Source of the DNA: Myxococcota bacterium | Lineage (GTDB): Bacteria > Myxococcota_A > UBA796 > CAJQPC01 | Assembly: GCA_036229005.1 (NCBI GenBank) | Contig: JAZAMN010000022.1 | Coordinates: 20,174 to 84,173, forward strand | Reading direction: 5' to 3' | DNA: 64,000 bases | Shown: positions 9,595-18,747 of the stretch, in pieces | Layout of the letters: every line of letters begins with the position of its first letter | How positions within the stretch are numbered: the first letter of the stretch is position 1 | The notes under the pieces: generated by a model | Told to the model about the DNA's origin: nothing | The model's input: the letters and a program-made list of their open reading frames with translations, nothing else | Database searches by the model: none | Translations under genes and position numbers: made by a program

Positions 9595-10623
9595 CTAGGG
9601 ATCCGCGGGGCCCAGGCACGCCAGCAGGCGGTCGCCCTGCGCGGGGGTCTGCGGGCTGATCCGGATGTGCTCAGGCAGACCAAAGGACACGCAACTCCGG
9701 ACCACAACCCCTTGGGCCAGCAGGCGCTCAAAGCAGGCCTGGGCACCCGGGGTGCGCACGAGGAAATAGGGCGCGTGACCGCCCTGCACCGCCCAGCCCA
9801 GGTCCGCGATGGCGCCCATCAGGCGCTCCCGCTCCCGCCAGACGGCCGCGATCCCAGGGGCGTAGAGCTGGGGGTGGGAGACCGCGACGGTGGCGGCGGC
9901 CTGGGCCAGGGCGTTGACCCCCCAAGGCAGCAGGAGCGCGCGCACGGCGGCCAGAAAGCCCGGGTCCCCGACGGCGTATCCGACCCGCAGCCCGGCCAGC
10001 GCGTGGTCCTTGGTGAGCGAGCGGAGCACCAGCCGCCCAGGGCGCCAGGCGGGCGCCGGCGGGGGCTGCAGGAAGCCCATGTAGGCCTCGTCGATCAGCA
10101 GCGGGGCGATCCCCTGGAGCTGGGCCAGGATGTCCTCGCTGGTGAGCCGACCTGTGGGGTTGTTGGGGTTGCACACCACGATGAGCTGCGGTGAGCTGGC
10201 CCGCACCCGAGCGGGCAGATCCGCTCCCTCCTGGACCTGGACGGGCTCGGCCCCCGCCTGGAGCACGGCGGCCCGGTATTCGCCGAAGGTGGGCCCGACG
10301 ATGGCCACGCGGTCCCCGGGGCCCACGCAGGCCCGGACGGCGGCGTAGAGCAGCTCGATGGAGCCGTTGCCCACCAGGAGCTGGGCTTGAGGGAGTCCGG
10401 TGTGCGCGCTGAGGGCGGCGAGCAGGCCGGTGCAGTGGGGGTCGGGGTAGGCGCGCACGTCGCAGGCGGCGAGGGCCCGCAGCACGGGCTGCGGCGTCGG
10501 GATGGGCAGCAGGGTGGCCGAGAAGTCGATCAGGGCGTCGGGGTCCAGGCCGCGCGCGGCGAGCTGGCGCTTGCCTCCGTGGGGCACGGGCTGCAGGCGA
10601 CGCACCCAGGGCTTGGGGATCAT
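9595..10623 (-). CDS. cobD: L-threonine-O-3-phosphate decarboxylase (class I/II PLP aminotransferase fold)
   Basis: HGG, DFSA, YPDP, GNGS, CNPNNPTG, DEAY, RSLTKDHALAGLRVGY; cobalamin cluster context (Salmonella-type naming). Confidence 0.8.
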   Translation of the reverse strand: MIPKPWVRRLQPVPHGGKRQLAARGLDPDALIDFSATLLPIPTPQPVLRALAACDVRAYPDPHCTGLLAALSAHTGLPQAQLLVGNGSIELLYAAVRACVGPGDRVAIVGPTFGEYRAAVLQAGAEPVQVQEGADLPARVRASSPQLIVVCNPNNPTGRLTSEDILAQLQGIAPLLIDEAYMGFLQPPPAPAWRPGRLVLRSLTKDHALAGLRVGYAVGDPGFLAAVRALLLPWGVNALAQAAATVAVSHPQLYAPGIAAVWRERERLMGAIADLGWAVQGGHAPYFLVRTPGAQACFERLLAQGVVVRSCVSFGLPEHIRISPQTPAQGDRLLACLGPADP

Positions 10624-11279
10624 GGGGACTCCAGGCAGGCGCGCCCGCCAGCGCGCACGGCATCCAGCACGCAGCGGCCCACCGCGCTGCCGATGGCGGT
10701 GTGTTTTCCGGCGAACGCAAGGGGGGCGGCGCCGGTGAGGGGCGCGGCGACCACGACGCAGTCGGTCCCGGTGCCGGTGGCGCGGTCTCCGGAGCGGACG
10801 CTGGCCACGCCCAGCTCGTGTACGGCCAAGGTGCGGGCCTCGACGGCCAGGCTCAAGACCTCCAGCAGCGCGGCGGCGCTCAGAGGCTGGCCCACCTGGA
10901 CCAGGAGGTTGATGGTCCCGGCCACAGGCGCCAACCCCGGGGGATCCCCGATCCGGAGCCGGTTGCCCAGCCCCACGGTGGCCACGCACTCCGCGGCGGC
11001 GCGCTCCCCCTGGTGCTCCAGCTCGGCCCGGCAGTGGACCACCCGCGAGACGGAGGCCGAGGTCAGCAGCCCCACGGCCTCCGGTCGCCCACAGCCGCTC
11101 AGAGCCCCGCGCAGCAGCGCGCCCGCGTCCACATCCAGGCCCAGATCGCCGTCGCGCACCTGCCGCCAGACCACGGCCTGGGCCTCCCGCAGGCCGCCGC
11201 CCTCCAGCGCCCAGCTCAGGACCCGGTGGGGCGCGCCCAGGTCGACCGCCAAGATCGGCGGGCGCAGGCTCAGCTCCAC
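10620..11279 (-). CDS. cbiZ: Adenosylcobinamide amidohydrolase
   Basis: ATVGLGN, GTINL, VEART, ATGTGTDC, AGKHT motifs; GTG start overlapping the cbiB end. Confidence 0.88.
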   Translation of the reverse strand: MELSLRPPILAVDLGAPHRVLSWALEGGGLREAQAVVWRQVRDGDLGLDVDAGALLRGALSGCGRPEAVGLLTSASVSRVVHCRAELEHQGERAAAECVATVGLGNRLRIGDPPGLAPVAGTINLLVQVGQPLSAAALLEVLSLAVEARTLAVHELGVASVRSGDRATGTGTDCVVVAAPLTGAAPLAFAGKHTAIGSAVGRCVLDAVRAGGRACLESP

Positions 11280-12187
11280 AGCGCCCCCAGGACGGCAGCC
11301 GTCAGGCCCCCATGGAGCAGCATCGCCCGCTGGGAGAGGGTGCAGGCCAGCCTCAGATCCGCCGCACCGCAGGCCCGCCCCGGGGCGCCCAGGGTGTAGT
11401 GCCCCGGCTTGTCCAGGCGCACCCCGAGCAGCCCGGCCATCGTCGCCATCGGCCACCCCGCGTTGGGGCTGGAGGTGACCCGGCGGTCGCGCCAGAGGGT
11501 CCGGAGCCCCCCACGCACCGAGGCCTGGGGCACGCTCAAGCCCACCAGCAAGAGCCACAGCGCGGTCAACCGCGCCGGGAGCAGGTTCAGCAGGTCGTCC
11601 AGGCGGGCGGCGGGCTTGCCCAGCCACTCGTAGCGGGGGGTGCGGTAGCCGATCATCGCGTCCAGGGTGTTCACGCAGCGGTAGGCCAGCAGCGCGGGCA
11701 GGCCGAGCTCCAGGGGGCTCCCCAGCACCAGCCAACACAGGGGCGCGACCAGGCTGTCCGAGGCGTTCTCCGCGATGCTCTCCGTCGCCGCCGCCGCGAG
11801 CTGGGGGGCCGTCAGCGCCTGCGGATCCCGACTGCACAGCCAGGACAGTCCGCCCCGAGCGGCCTCCAGGTCCCCCGCCTCCAGCGCGTCCGCCACCCGG
11901 TGCCCCGCCGACACCAGCCCCCACCACGAGAAGCCCGAGGTCAGCAGCCAGAGCGCCAGGACCGGTCCCGCCCAAGGCACCCGCTCCAAGAGCCCCAGCG
12001 CGGAGAAGGCCAGCGGGAGCCCCAGCGCCATCGCCGTGCCGTGGAGCAGCGCGCCGACCCGCCCCGCAGGCGCCCGCTCCCGGAGCCAGCCGACGGCGTT
12101 GCCCATCCACACCACCGGGTGGACCTTGAGGGGGGGCTCACCCACCCGATCCAAGGCCAGCGCCCCGAGCAGCAAGAGCCCGCTCAC
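11270..12187 (-). CDS. cbiB: Adenosylcobinamide-phosphate synthase CbiB
   Basis: GEPP..HPVVWMG, ESIAENASD, YRCVNTLDAMIGY, ARLDD, SPNAGWPM; GTGA overlap with the cobS stop. Confidence 0.93.
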   Translation of the reverse strand: MSGLLLLGALALDRVGEPPLKVHPVVWMGNAVGWLRERAPAGRVGALLHGTAMALGLPLAFSALGLLERVPWAGPVLALWLLTSGFSWWGLVSAGHRVADALEAGDLEAARGGLSWLCSRDPQALTAPQLAAAATESIAENASDSLVAPLCWLVLGSPLELGLPALLAYRCVNTLDAMIGYRTPRYEWLGKPAARLDDLLNLLPARLTALWLLLVGLSVPQASVRGGLRTLWRDRRVTSSPNAGWPMATMAGLLGVRLDKPGHYTLGAPGRACGAADLRLACTLSQRAMLLHGGLTAAVLGALWS

Positions 12188-12927
12188 AGCAGGCCGAACC
12201 CCGCCAGCACCAGCAGCTCCGTGCCCACGCAGGCGGCCCCCAACAGGTCCCCGGTGATCCCCCCCAGGCGCCGCCGGAACCACAGGCCCAGCAGGAGGGT
12301 GAGGATCCCGGCGCCCAGCAACAGCAGCCCACCCATGGGCCCCAACAGCGCGCCGCACAGCCCGACAACCACCCCAAAAGCGAGGACAGACCGTCCCCAC
12401 CCCAGCCCCGGCACCATGCGGTCGGCCAGGCCCTTGTTCTCCTGCCGGGCGTAGGGCAGCGCGGCCATGAGCAGCAGGGTGGACCAGCGGCCCAGGGCGT
12501 GGGCGAGCAGCAGCGCGGGCAGCCACTGGGCGGGCTCCAGGGCGCGCAGGGCCTCCAGGCGCAGGGCGAAGGCCACGACCACCGCGACCACCCCGTAGGC
12601 CCCCACCCGGCTGTCCCGGAAGATACGCAGGGCGCTCTCCCGATCCCGCCCGCCGCCCAGGCCATCGGCGGTGTCGGCCAGGCCGTCTTCGTGCAGCGCG
12701 CCCGTGAGCAGCGGACCGAGCGAAAGCACGCCCAGCGCCACGCTCAACCCCGGCGACAGGCCCAGGGTGTGCAGGCCCAGCGCAGCGCCGCCCAGGGCGG
12801 CCCCGATCCCCGCGCCCACCACCGGGAACCAGGGCGTGGCGCGGGCCAGGTCGTCCTCGCGGTAGTCGCGGGGCCACCCCAGGGGGATGCGCGTCAGGAA
12901 GGTGATGGCGGTGGCCAGGCCTCTCAT
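12184..12927 (-). CDS. cobS: Adenosylcobinamide-GDP ribazoletransferase (cobalamin synthase)
   Basis: FLTRIP, TGALHEDGLADTADG, DSRVGAYG, GGITGDLLGA. Confidence 0.95.
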   Translation of the reverse strand: MRGLATAITFLTRIPLGWPRDYREDDLARATPWFPVVGAGIGAALGGAALGLHTLGLSPGLSVALGVLSLGPLLTGALHEDGLADTADGLGGGRDRESALRIFRDSRVGAYGVVAVVVAFALRLEALRALEPAQWLPALLLAHALGRWSTLLLMAALPYARQENKGLADRMVPGLGWGRSVLAFGVVVGLCGALLGPMGGLLLLGAGILTLLLGLWFRRRLGGITGDLLGAACVGTELLVLAGFGLL

Positions 12928-12934
12928 GCGGGGC

Positions 12935-13969
12935 TCACTCCGGGGGCGGTCCGGCGGCGGCCAGGACCTCCTGGAGGGTGGCCATCTCCGACATCACGGC
13001 GCAGGCGGAGCGCAGCATGGGCAGGCAGAGGGCGGCGCCGCTGGCCTCGCCGAGGCGCAAGCCCCAGTCCAGCAGGGCCTCGCCGGCGCCCAGAGCCTCC
13101 AAGATGGCCCGGTGGCCAGGCTCAGCGGAGGCGGTGGCCGGTCGAATGAAGCGGGCCAGGGATCCCCTCCCCTTCACCGCGCAGAGCGCCGCAGCGCCCA
13201 CGATGAAGCCGTCCAACAACACGGGGATGCCCCGCTCGGCGGCTCCTTCGATGCAGCCGGCGATCGCGGCGAGCTCCAAGCCCCCCAGATCGGCCATCGC
13301 GGCCCAGGGGTCGCTGGGGCCATCGCGGTCCAGGGCGGCCTGCACGACGGCGACCTTGTGGGCGACACCCGCCGGGTCCAGGCCCGTCCCGGGGCCCACC
13401 ATCTCCTGCGCGGAGCGGCCCAGCAGGCGGGCGGAGAGCGCAGCGGCGGGGGTGGTGTTGCCGATGCCCATCTCGCCGAGGGCGAGCACCTGGATCCCGT
13501 CCCGGGCGGCCCGCTCGGCGGCGTCCACACCGGCCTGTCGCGCGGCCTGGAGCTGCTCGGGGGTCAGCGCGGGGCCCAGCATCAGGTCGGCGCTGCCCCG
13601 GGCCACCTTGGCGTTCACCACGGACACGCCGGGGGCGGGCGCAGGCAGCACGTCCAGGCCGGCCACGCCCACGTCCACGACCTCCAGCTCCGCGCCCGCC
13701 TGGCGCGCCAGAACGGACACCGCCGCCTTGCCCGCCGCGAAGGTGTGCACCATCGCCACGGTCACCGCCTGCGGGTAGGGACTCACGCCCTGCGCCACCA
13801 CGCCGTGATCGCCGGCGAACACGACCACGCGGGCCTTGTCGGCCTGGGGCATCGGGGTGTCCTGACACTCGGCCAGCCACAGGGCCAGCGCCTCCAGCCG
13901 CCCCAGGCTGCCGGGGGGCTTGGCCAGGGAATCCAGGTGGGCCTGCGCGGCCTCCACGCTCTCGCTCAT
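12935..13969 (-). CDS. cobT: Nicotinate-nucleotide--dimethylbenzimidazole phosphoribosyltransferase
   Basis: KPPGSLGRLE, FAGDHGV, GEMGIGNTT, LDGFI, LRLGEASGA. Confidence 0.95.
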   Translation of the reverse strand: MSESVEAAQAHLDSLAKPPGSLGRLEALALWLAECQDTPMPQADKARVVVFAGDHGVVAQGVSPYPQAVTVAMVHTFAAGKAAVSVLARQAGAELEVVDVGVAGLDVLPAPAPGVSVVNAKVARGSADLMLGPALTPEQLQAARQAGVDAAERAARDGIQVLALGEMGIGNTTPAAALSARLLGRSAQEMVGPGTGLDPAGVAHKVAVVQAALDRDGPSDPWAAMADLGGLELAAIAGCIEGAAERGIPVLLDGFIVGAAALCAVKGRGSLARFIRPATASAEPGHRAILEALGAGEALLDWGLRLGEASGAALCLPMLRSACAVMSEMATLQEVLAAAGPPPE

Positions 13970-14475
13970 CGCGTCTCCTTCAGGGTGAGGACCTGCCCCA
14001 GAGCCACCAGCTCCACGCGGTCACAGAGTTCAGCCAGGCGCTGGCCCAGGAAGCCGGCCTCATCGCGGAAGCGGCGCGCCAGGGGGTTCAGGGGGACGAT
14101 GCCCAGCCCGACCTCGTTGGTGACCAGGATGACGGGGTTGGGCGCAGCCTGCAGCGCATCGGCCAGAGCGGTGAAGTCGGCATCCAGCGGGCCCTCCTTC
14201 CGCTCGTGCAGCAGGTTCGAGACCCAGAGCGTCAGGCAGTCCAGGAGCACGACCTTGCCGGGCTGGTGCAGGTGGGGGGCCACGTCGATGGGGGCCTCGA
14301 TGGTGGTCCAGCCGGCGCCGCGGTCCGCCTGGTGTCGGGCGATGCGGTCGGTCATCTCGGCGTCGAAGGCCTGTCCGGTCGCCAGGTAGACGCGCTCGGG
14401 GGCCAAAGACTCGGCCAGGGCCTGGGCGCGGCGGCTCTTCCCGCTGCGGGCGCCGCCGGTGATGAGGGCCTTCAT
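13966..14475 (-). CDS. cobU: Bifunctional adenosylcobinamide kinase / cobinamide-phosphate guanylyltransferase
   Basis: ITGGARSGKS, RIARHQ, DCLTLWVSN, VTNEVGLGIVP, RRFRD. Confidence 0.95.
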   Translation of the reverse strand: MKALITGGARSGKSRRAQALAESLAPERVYLATGQAFDAEMTDRIARHQADRGAGWTTIEAPIDVAPHLHQPGKVVLLDCLTLWVSNLLHERKEGPLDADFTALADALQAAPNPVILVTNEVGLGIVPLNPLARRFRDEAGFLGQRLAELCDRVELVALGQVLTLKETR

Positions 14476-15140
14476 GGGGTGCCTCCAAGGGGCAGGGCGT
14501 GGGCCGTCTGCAGGGGACTCAGGGGCACGCGCGCGTCCCACTCCACCCGCTCGATGCGGTCGAAGGACAGGGGAATGGGGGGCAGCGCGCGCAGCGCGGA
14601 GAGCGCCTGGACGATGGGCCCGGTGGGGGTGGCCGGGTGGAAGAGCCCCACGGTGACGTGCGGCGCGTAGGGCGAGAAGCGCAGGTCCCGAGAGCCCTGG
14701 GAGAGGCGGGCTCTGAGGCCCTCCAGAGCGCCTTCGGCGTCGTCCACCTCCAGGACCGCGCAGCCCTCGAAGCAGCTCGCCGATCCCACCCGCAAGCGAG
14801 GACAGGCTGCCCCGCTCAGGGCCTGGGCCTGCGCCGCGAGCTGGCCGGCGTCCACGCTGTCCTCCACCCACCCGGGGGGCAAGGGCTCGGCGCTGGGGCC
14901 GTCCACGAAGCCGGCTACCCACACGGTGATGTGCAGGTCGCTGCTGGGTAGCGGGCGCAGCCACGGAGACAGCGCCTGGGCCACCTGCCGGACGCGCCGA
15001 ACCGCCTCGGATGCGCCCACCCGCAGCACCCACGCGGAATAGCGCGCGCGCCCCCGCAGCCAGGCCTGTCGGCCACCCGGCGGGGGATCTGCGGTGTGGG
15101 GCAGCGCGCAGAAGCGCGCCCAGGCGGCCGGCCAGTCCAT
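14472..15140 (-). CDS. 2H phosphoesterase (2'-5' RNA ligase-like superfamily)
   Basis: Two HxT motifs (LHITV, PHVTV) about 90 aa apart; overlaps both neighbours. Confidence 0.8.
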   Translation of the reverse strand: MDWPAAWARFCALPHTADPPPGGRQAWLRGRARYSAWVLRVGASEAVRRVRQVAQALSPWLRPLPSSDLHITVWVAGFVDGPSAEPLPPGWVEDSVDAGQLAAQAQALSGAACPRLRVGSASCFEGCAVLEVDDAEGALEGLRARLSQGSRDLRFSPYAPHVTVGLFHPATPTGPIVQALSALRALPPIPLSFDRIERVEWDARVPLSPLQTAHALPLGGTP

Positions 15141-15742
15141 CAGAACTCGACGCCCTTGCGCGCCCGGATGCCGGCGTCGAAGGCGTGCTTGACCAGGGTG
15201 TGCTCGGTGACGGTGTCGGCGGCGTCGATCACGGCCTGGGGCGCGTTGCGGCCGGTGACCACGATGGAGACGTGCTCGGGCTTGTTGCGGAGCACCTGGG
15301 CGACCTCGTCGGCGTCCAGGTAGTCGTAGCGCAGGGCGATGTTCAGCTCGTCCAGCACCACCACGTCGTGGGCGCCGCCCTGGATGAACTCCTTGGCCAT
15401 CGCCCAGCCCCGCTCAGCCGCGGCGATGTCCTTGGCGCGGTCCTGGGTGTTCCAGGTGAAGCCCTCGCCGGAGACCACGTGGGTGATCTCGGGGAAGCGC
15501 TTGAGGGCGGCCTGCTCGCCGGTCTTCCAGGTGCCCTTGATGAACTGGACGACGGCCACCTGCTGGCCGTGCCCGGCGGCGCGGATTGCCACCCCAAAGC
15601 CAGCGGTGGACTTGCCCTTTCCGTCACCGGTGTGGACGATCACCACGCCGCGCTTGATGTCCTTGGAGCGCGCCTTGGCGTCCTGCTCGGCCTTGAGGGC
15701 GGCCATGGCGGCCTTGTGCTCTTGTTCGGTGGGCTGGCTCAT
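15140..15742 (-). CDS. cobO: Cob(I)yrinic acid a,c-diamide adenosyltransferase (CobO/BtuR)
   Basis: HTGDGKGKSTAGFG, VQFIKG, LDELN, TGRNA, KHAFDAG..A.KGVEF. Confidence 0.95.
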   Translation of the reverse strand: MSQPTEQEHKAAMAALKAEQDAKARSKDIKRGVVIVHTGDGKGKSTAGFGVAIRAAGHGQQVAVVQFIKGTWKTGEQAALKRFPEITHVVSGEGFTWNTQDRAKDIAAAERGWAMAKEFIQGGAHDVVVLDELNIALRYDYLDADEVAQVLRNKPEHVSIVVTGRNAPQAVIDAADTVTEHTLVKHAFDAGIRARKGVEF

Positions 15743-16689
15743 TGGGGGCTCCGGGGGTGGACACGGGGTTGCAGCTCCTGGGCGGTCTTGAGCACGCCCA
15801 GGCCGGGGTCATTGGGGTAGCTGGGGGGCAGCTCGACGATCCGCCCGCCTTCGTGGCAGGCGCGGAGCTGCTCCAGGATGGAGTGCCGGCAGATGGTCGG
15901 GGTGCTGCCGCTGGGGGCCAGGATCAGGGGGGGATCCAGGGCCAGCAGGTCCTCGGCGCTGTAGCGGGGCCACATCTGGTGGCCGGCGTCCGCCGCCACG
16001 TCGTGGATGCCGCTCAGGCGCAGCATGTCGCCGTAGCTGGTGCCTTGGGTGCCGCCGTACCAGGCGTCCCCAATGACGCTCAAGTAGATGCCGTCGATGC
16101 GCTGGTCGGGCGGAACGGCCAGCTCCAGGGCGCGCTCCTGCAGGTCCAGGCTGCGCAGCAGGGCGTCTCCGCGGGCCGGGGCGCCGACGAGCTGGGAGAG
16201 CAGGCGGATGTCCTCGCGGGTGGACTCCAGACCGTACATGCCGCCCAGGTCGAAGGTGGGGATGCCCTCCTCCTCCAAGCGGGCGAGCAGCGCAGCGTCC
16301 ACAAAGTTGGAGACGATCACCAGGTCGGGCTGGGCGCGGAGGATGGCCTCCAGGCGGTTGTTCTGTCCGATGGGGATCTGGGCGGAGAAGCGCCAGCCCT
16401 CGGAGTTGCCGGCGACGTTGGCCTCGGTGATGGCCACGAGCCGGCTGGGCTCCACCAGCTCCAGCAGCAGGTGGTCGGCGACCATGTGCAGGGAGACGAT
16501 GCGCTGGTAGTCGGCCACGGGGACGGCGATCCCGCGGCCATCCACGACCTCGGTGAGCGCGGCGGTGCTCTGGGCGGTGGACACGGAACCGGTGACCTCG
16601 GCGGCGGGCGGCGCAGCCCACATGGCCCCGGCCACCGAGCCCGCCAGAGCGGTGAGGAGCAGAGCCCCGTTGAGCAGCTCAGCCTTCAC
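15739..16689 (-). CDS. btuF: Cobalamin ABC transporter substrate-binding protein
   Basis: VDGRG...QRIVSL, EAIL..QPDLV, EDLLALDP; next to permease and ATPase under a B12 riboswitch. Confidence 0.8.
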   Translation of the reverse strand: MKAELLNGALLLTALAGSVAGAMWAAPPAAEVTGSVSTAQSTAALTEVVDGRGIAVPVADYQRIVSLHMVADHLLLELVEPSRLVAITEANVAGNSEGWRFSAQIPIGQNNRLEAILRAQPDLVIVSNFVDAALLARLEEEGIPTFDLGGMYGLESTREDIRLLSQLVGAPARGDALLRSLDLQERALELAVPPDQRIDGIYLSVIGDAWYGGTQGTSYGDMLRLSGIHDVAADAGHQMWPRYSAEDLLALDPPLILAPSGSTPTICRHSILEQLRACHEGGRIVELPPSYPNDPGLGVLKTAQELQPRVHPRSPQ

Positions 16690-17426
16690 TCCCCCTCCCC
16701 GGGCAGCGACCAGGACGGGGCCTGGCCGGGGTGCATCTGGACGCCGTAGACCTGCAGGATGGGCTCGGGGGCGACGATCCCGGAGACCGGTCCGAAGGCG
16801 TGGACGCGGCCCTCGTGCAGGAGCACGGCGTCGTCGGCGTGGCGCTGGGCCTCGGCGAGATCGTGGAGGACGGAGACCACCAGGTGGCCCTGGTCGGCGA
16901 GCTCCCGCAGCACGCGGTGGATGGCGAGGGCGTGGCCCAGGTCCAGGGCGGAGGTGGCTTCGTCCAACAGCAGGGTGGTGGCGCCGACGGCCAGGGCGCG
17001 GGCCAGCAAGACGCGCTGCCGCTCGCCGCCGGAGAGCTGGGTGAAGGGGCGCTCCGCCAGGGCGGTGATCGAGACGCGCTCCATGGCCTGGTCCACCTGC
17101 TTGCGGCCGCCGCCGCCGTGGACGAAGCGGCCCAGGGCGACCACCTCGCGCACGGAGAGGGGGGCGTTGAGCAGGCTGCGCTGGGGCACGTAGGCGACGC
17201 GGCGGGCGCGCTCGGGGGGCGACAGGGCGCCCAGCTCCTGGCCGTCCAGGGTGATGCGGCCCTGGCTGGGGAGCAGGCCCAGGATGGCCTTGAGCAGGGT
17301 GCTCTTGCCGACGCCGTTGGGGCCCAGCAGGGCGGTGATCCGGCCGCGCTCCAGGCGCAGGTCCACGCCGTCAAAGACCTGGTGGTCGCGGTGTCCGGCG
17401 CGCAGGCCGTGGAGCTCCAGGCTCAT
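16686..17426 (-). CDS. btuD: Cobalamin ABC transporter ATP-binding protein
   Basis: GPNGVGKST, LSGGERQR, LLLDE, H-loop VLHD. Confidence 0.88.
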   Translation of the reverse strand: MSLELHGLRAGHRDHQVFDGVDLRLERGRITALLGPNGVGKSTLLKAILGLLPSQGRITLDGQELGALSPPERARRVAYVPQRSLLNAPLSVREVVALGRFVHGGGGRKQVDQAMERVSITALAERPFTQLSGGERQRVLLARALAVGATTLLLDEATSALDLGHALAIHRVLRELADQGHLVVSVLHDLAEAQRHADDAVLLHEGRVHAFGPVSGIVAPEPILQVYGVQMHPGQAPSWSLPGEGE

Positions 17427-18424
17427 CCCAGCCTCCCCTGGCGGGCGGCGCGGGCCAGCAGGAAGAGGAACACGGGGGCGCCGACCAGGCCGGTGACGAC
17501 GCCCAGGGGGAGCGCGCCGGTGGTGGGGGCCAGGCGGACGATGAGGTCGGCCCAGAGGACGAACGCGGCGCCCCCGACGGCGGCGGCGGGGAGCAGGCGG
17601 CGGTGGCCGGCGCCCAGGAAGGGACGGAGGCCGTGGGGGACGACCAACCCGACGAAGCTGAGGCCGCCCCCGATGGCGACGGCGGCGGCGGTGAGGGTGG
17701 CGGTCCAGACGATGACCCAGCGGCGCACGCGGGGGACGTTGACGCCCAGAGAGGCGGCCTCGTCTTCGCCGGCCAGCAGCACGTCCAGGTGGCGGGACCA
17801 GCCCATGCCCGCGGCGAGTCCGGCGGCGACCAGGGGGAAGGCCAGCGCGACGTGCCGAGCGCCCTTGGTGTCGATGCCGCCCAGGGTGAAGGCGACCACG
17901 GCGCGGCCCAGCTCCCAGTTGTCCTGGGCGATGCTCATCATCAGGCCGCCCACGCTCAGGAAGAGGCTGCTGAGGATGAAGCCGGTGAGCAGGGTGGCCA
18001 CCATGCCGGGGTTGCGCCCGCTGACCAGCAGCAGGAGCATCAGCGCGCCCCAAGCGCCCAGCAGGCACCCCAGGGGCAGCAGCAGCTCGGGGGGCAGGAA
18101 GCCCGGCAGCACGGCGGCCAGCAGGCCCTCCCACGCGACCATCACCAGCATGCCACCCAGGCTCGCGCCGGCGGTCGTGCCCAGGATCGAGGGGCTGGCC
18201 AAGGGGTTCCGGAACAGGCCCTGCACCAGCACGCCGCCCACAGCCAGGGCCGCCCCCGCCAGGCAGGCGTTGAGCACGCGCCAGAGCCGCAGGCGGAACA
18301 GGGTCTGCTCCAGCGCGCCCTGCTCCTGGCCGGAGCCCAGCCACAGCGCCAGGCCCACCCCGCCAAAGAACAGGAGCAGGAGCACGGTCCAGACGCCCAG
18401 GACGCCGCGGGGAGGAGCGCTCAA
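17423..18424 (-). CDS. btuC: Cobalamin ABC transporter permease (FecCD/BtuC family)
   Basis: QGLFRNPLASPSILG, GEDEAASLGV, FVGLVVPH, GAPVFL; TTG start uncertain. Confidence 0.88.
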   Translation of the reverse strand: MSAPPRGVLGVWTVLLLLFFGGVGLALWLGSGQEQGALEQTLFRLRLWRVLNACLAGAALAVGGVLVQGLFRNPLASPSILGTTAGASLGGMLVMVAWEGLLAAVLPGFLPPELLLPLGCLLGAWGALMLLLLVSGRNPGMVATLLTGFILSSLFLSVGGLMMSIAQDNWELGRAVVAFTLGGIDTKGARHVALAFPLVAAGLAAGMGWSRHLDVLLAGEDEAASLGVNVPRVRRWVIVWTATLTAAAVAIGGGLSFVGLVVPHGLRPFLGAGHRRLLPAAAVGGAAFVLWADLIVRLAPTTGALPLGVVTGLVGAPVFLFLLARAARQGRLG

Positions 18425-18498
18425 GGGTGCAGGGGGAGTGGGGGGCCAAGGGGCCCAGAGAGTCGCCGCATCCTTCCCTCCGAAGGACTGGGGTGATC

Positions 18499-18691
18499 GC
18501 AGAGGCCGGTCTCCTCGCTCCCGCTGATGAGTCTCGGGGACTCCTCGCGCCGCGCCTTCCCAGGGGAGTCCCCAGTGGCATGTGCGGTGCGATTCAGCGG
18601 TCAGAGTGGCGGGGGCCGCGCCGGTTCGCGGAGGCCCCCAGGGGGGCGCGCGTCCGGACTTCCCGTTTCATCCCCGAAGGGACACCTCTGC
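18499..18691 (-). ncRNA. Cobalamin riboswitch (second copy)
   Basis: Minus strand reads AGGTG..AAACGGGAAGTCCGG..CCCCCGCCACT..GCCACTG..GGGAAGG..AGCGAGGAGACCGGCC; P1 GCAGAGG/CCTCTGC; upstream of btuC. Confidence 0.9.
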
Positions 18692-18747
18692 TGGGTCAAT
18701 GAACTGGCGCCTGTCCTAGCGTGCGCTCCCCCCCCTCGCAAGCGCGC

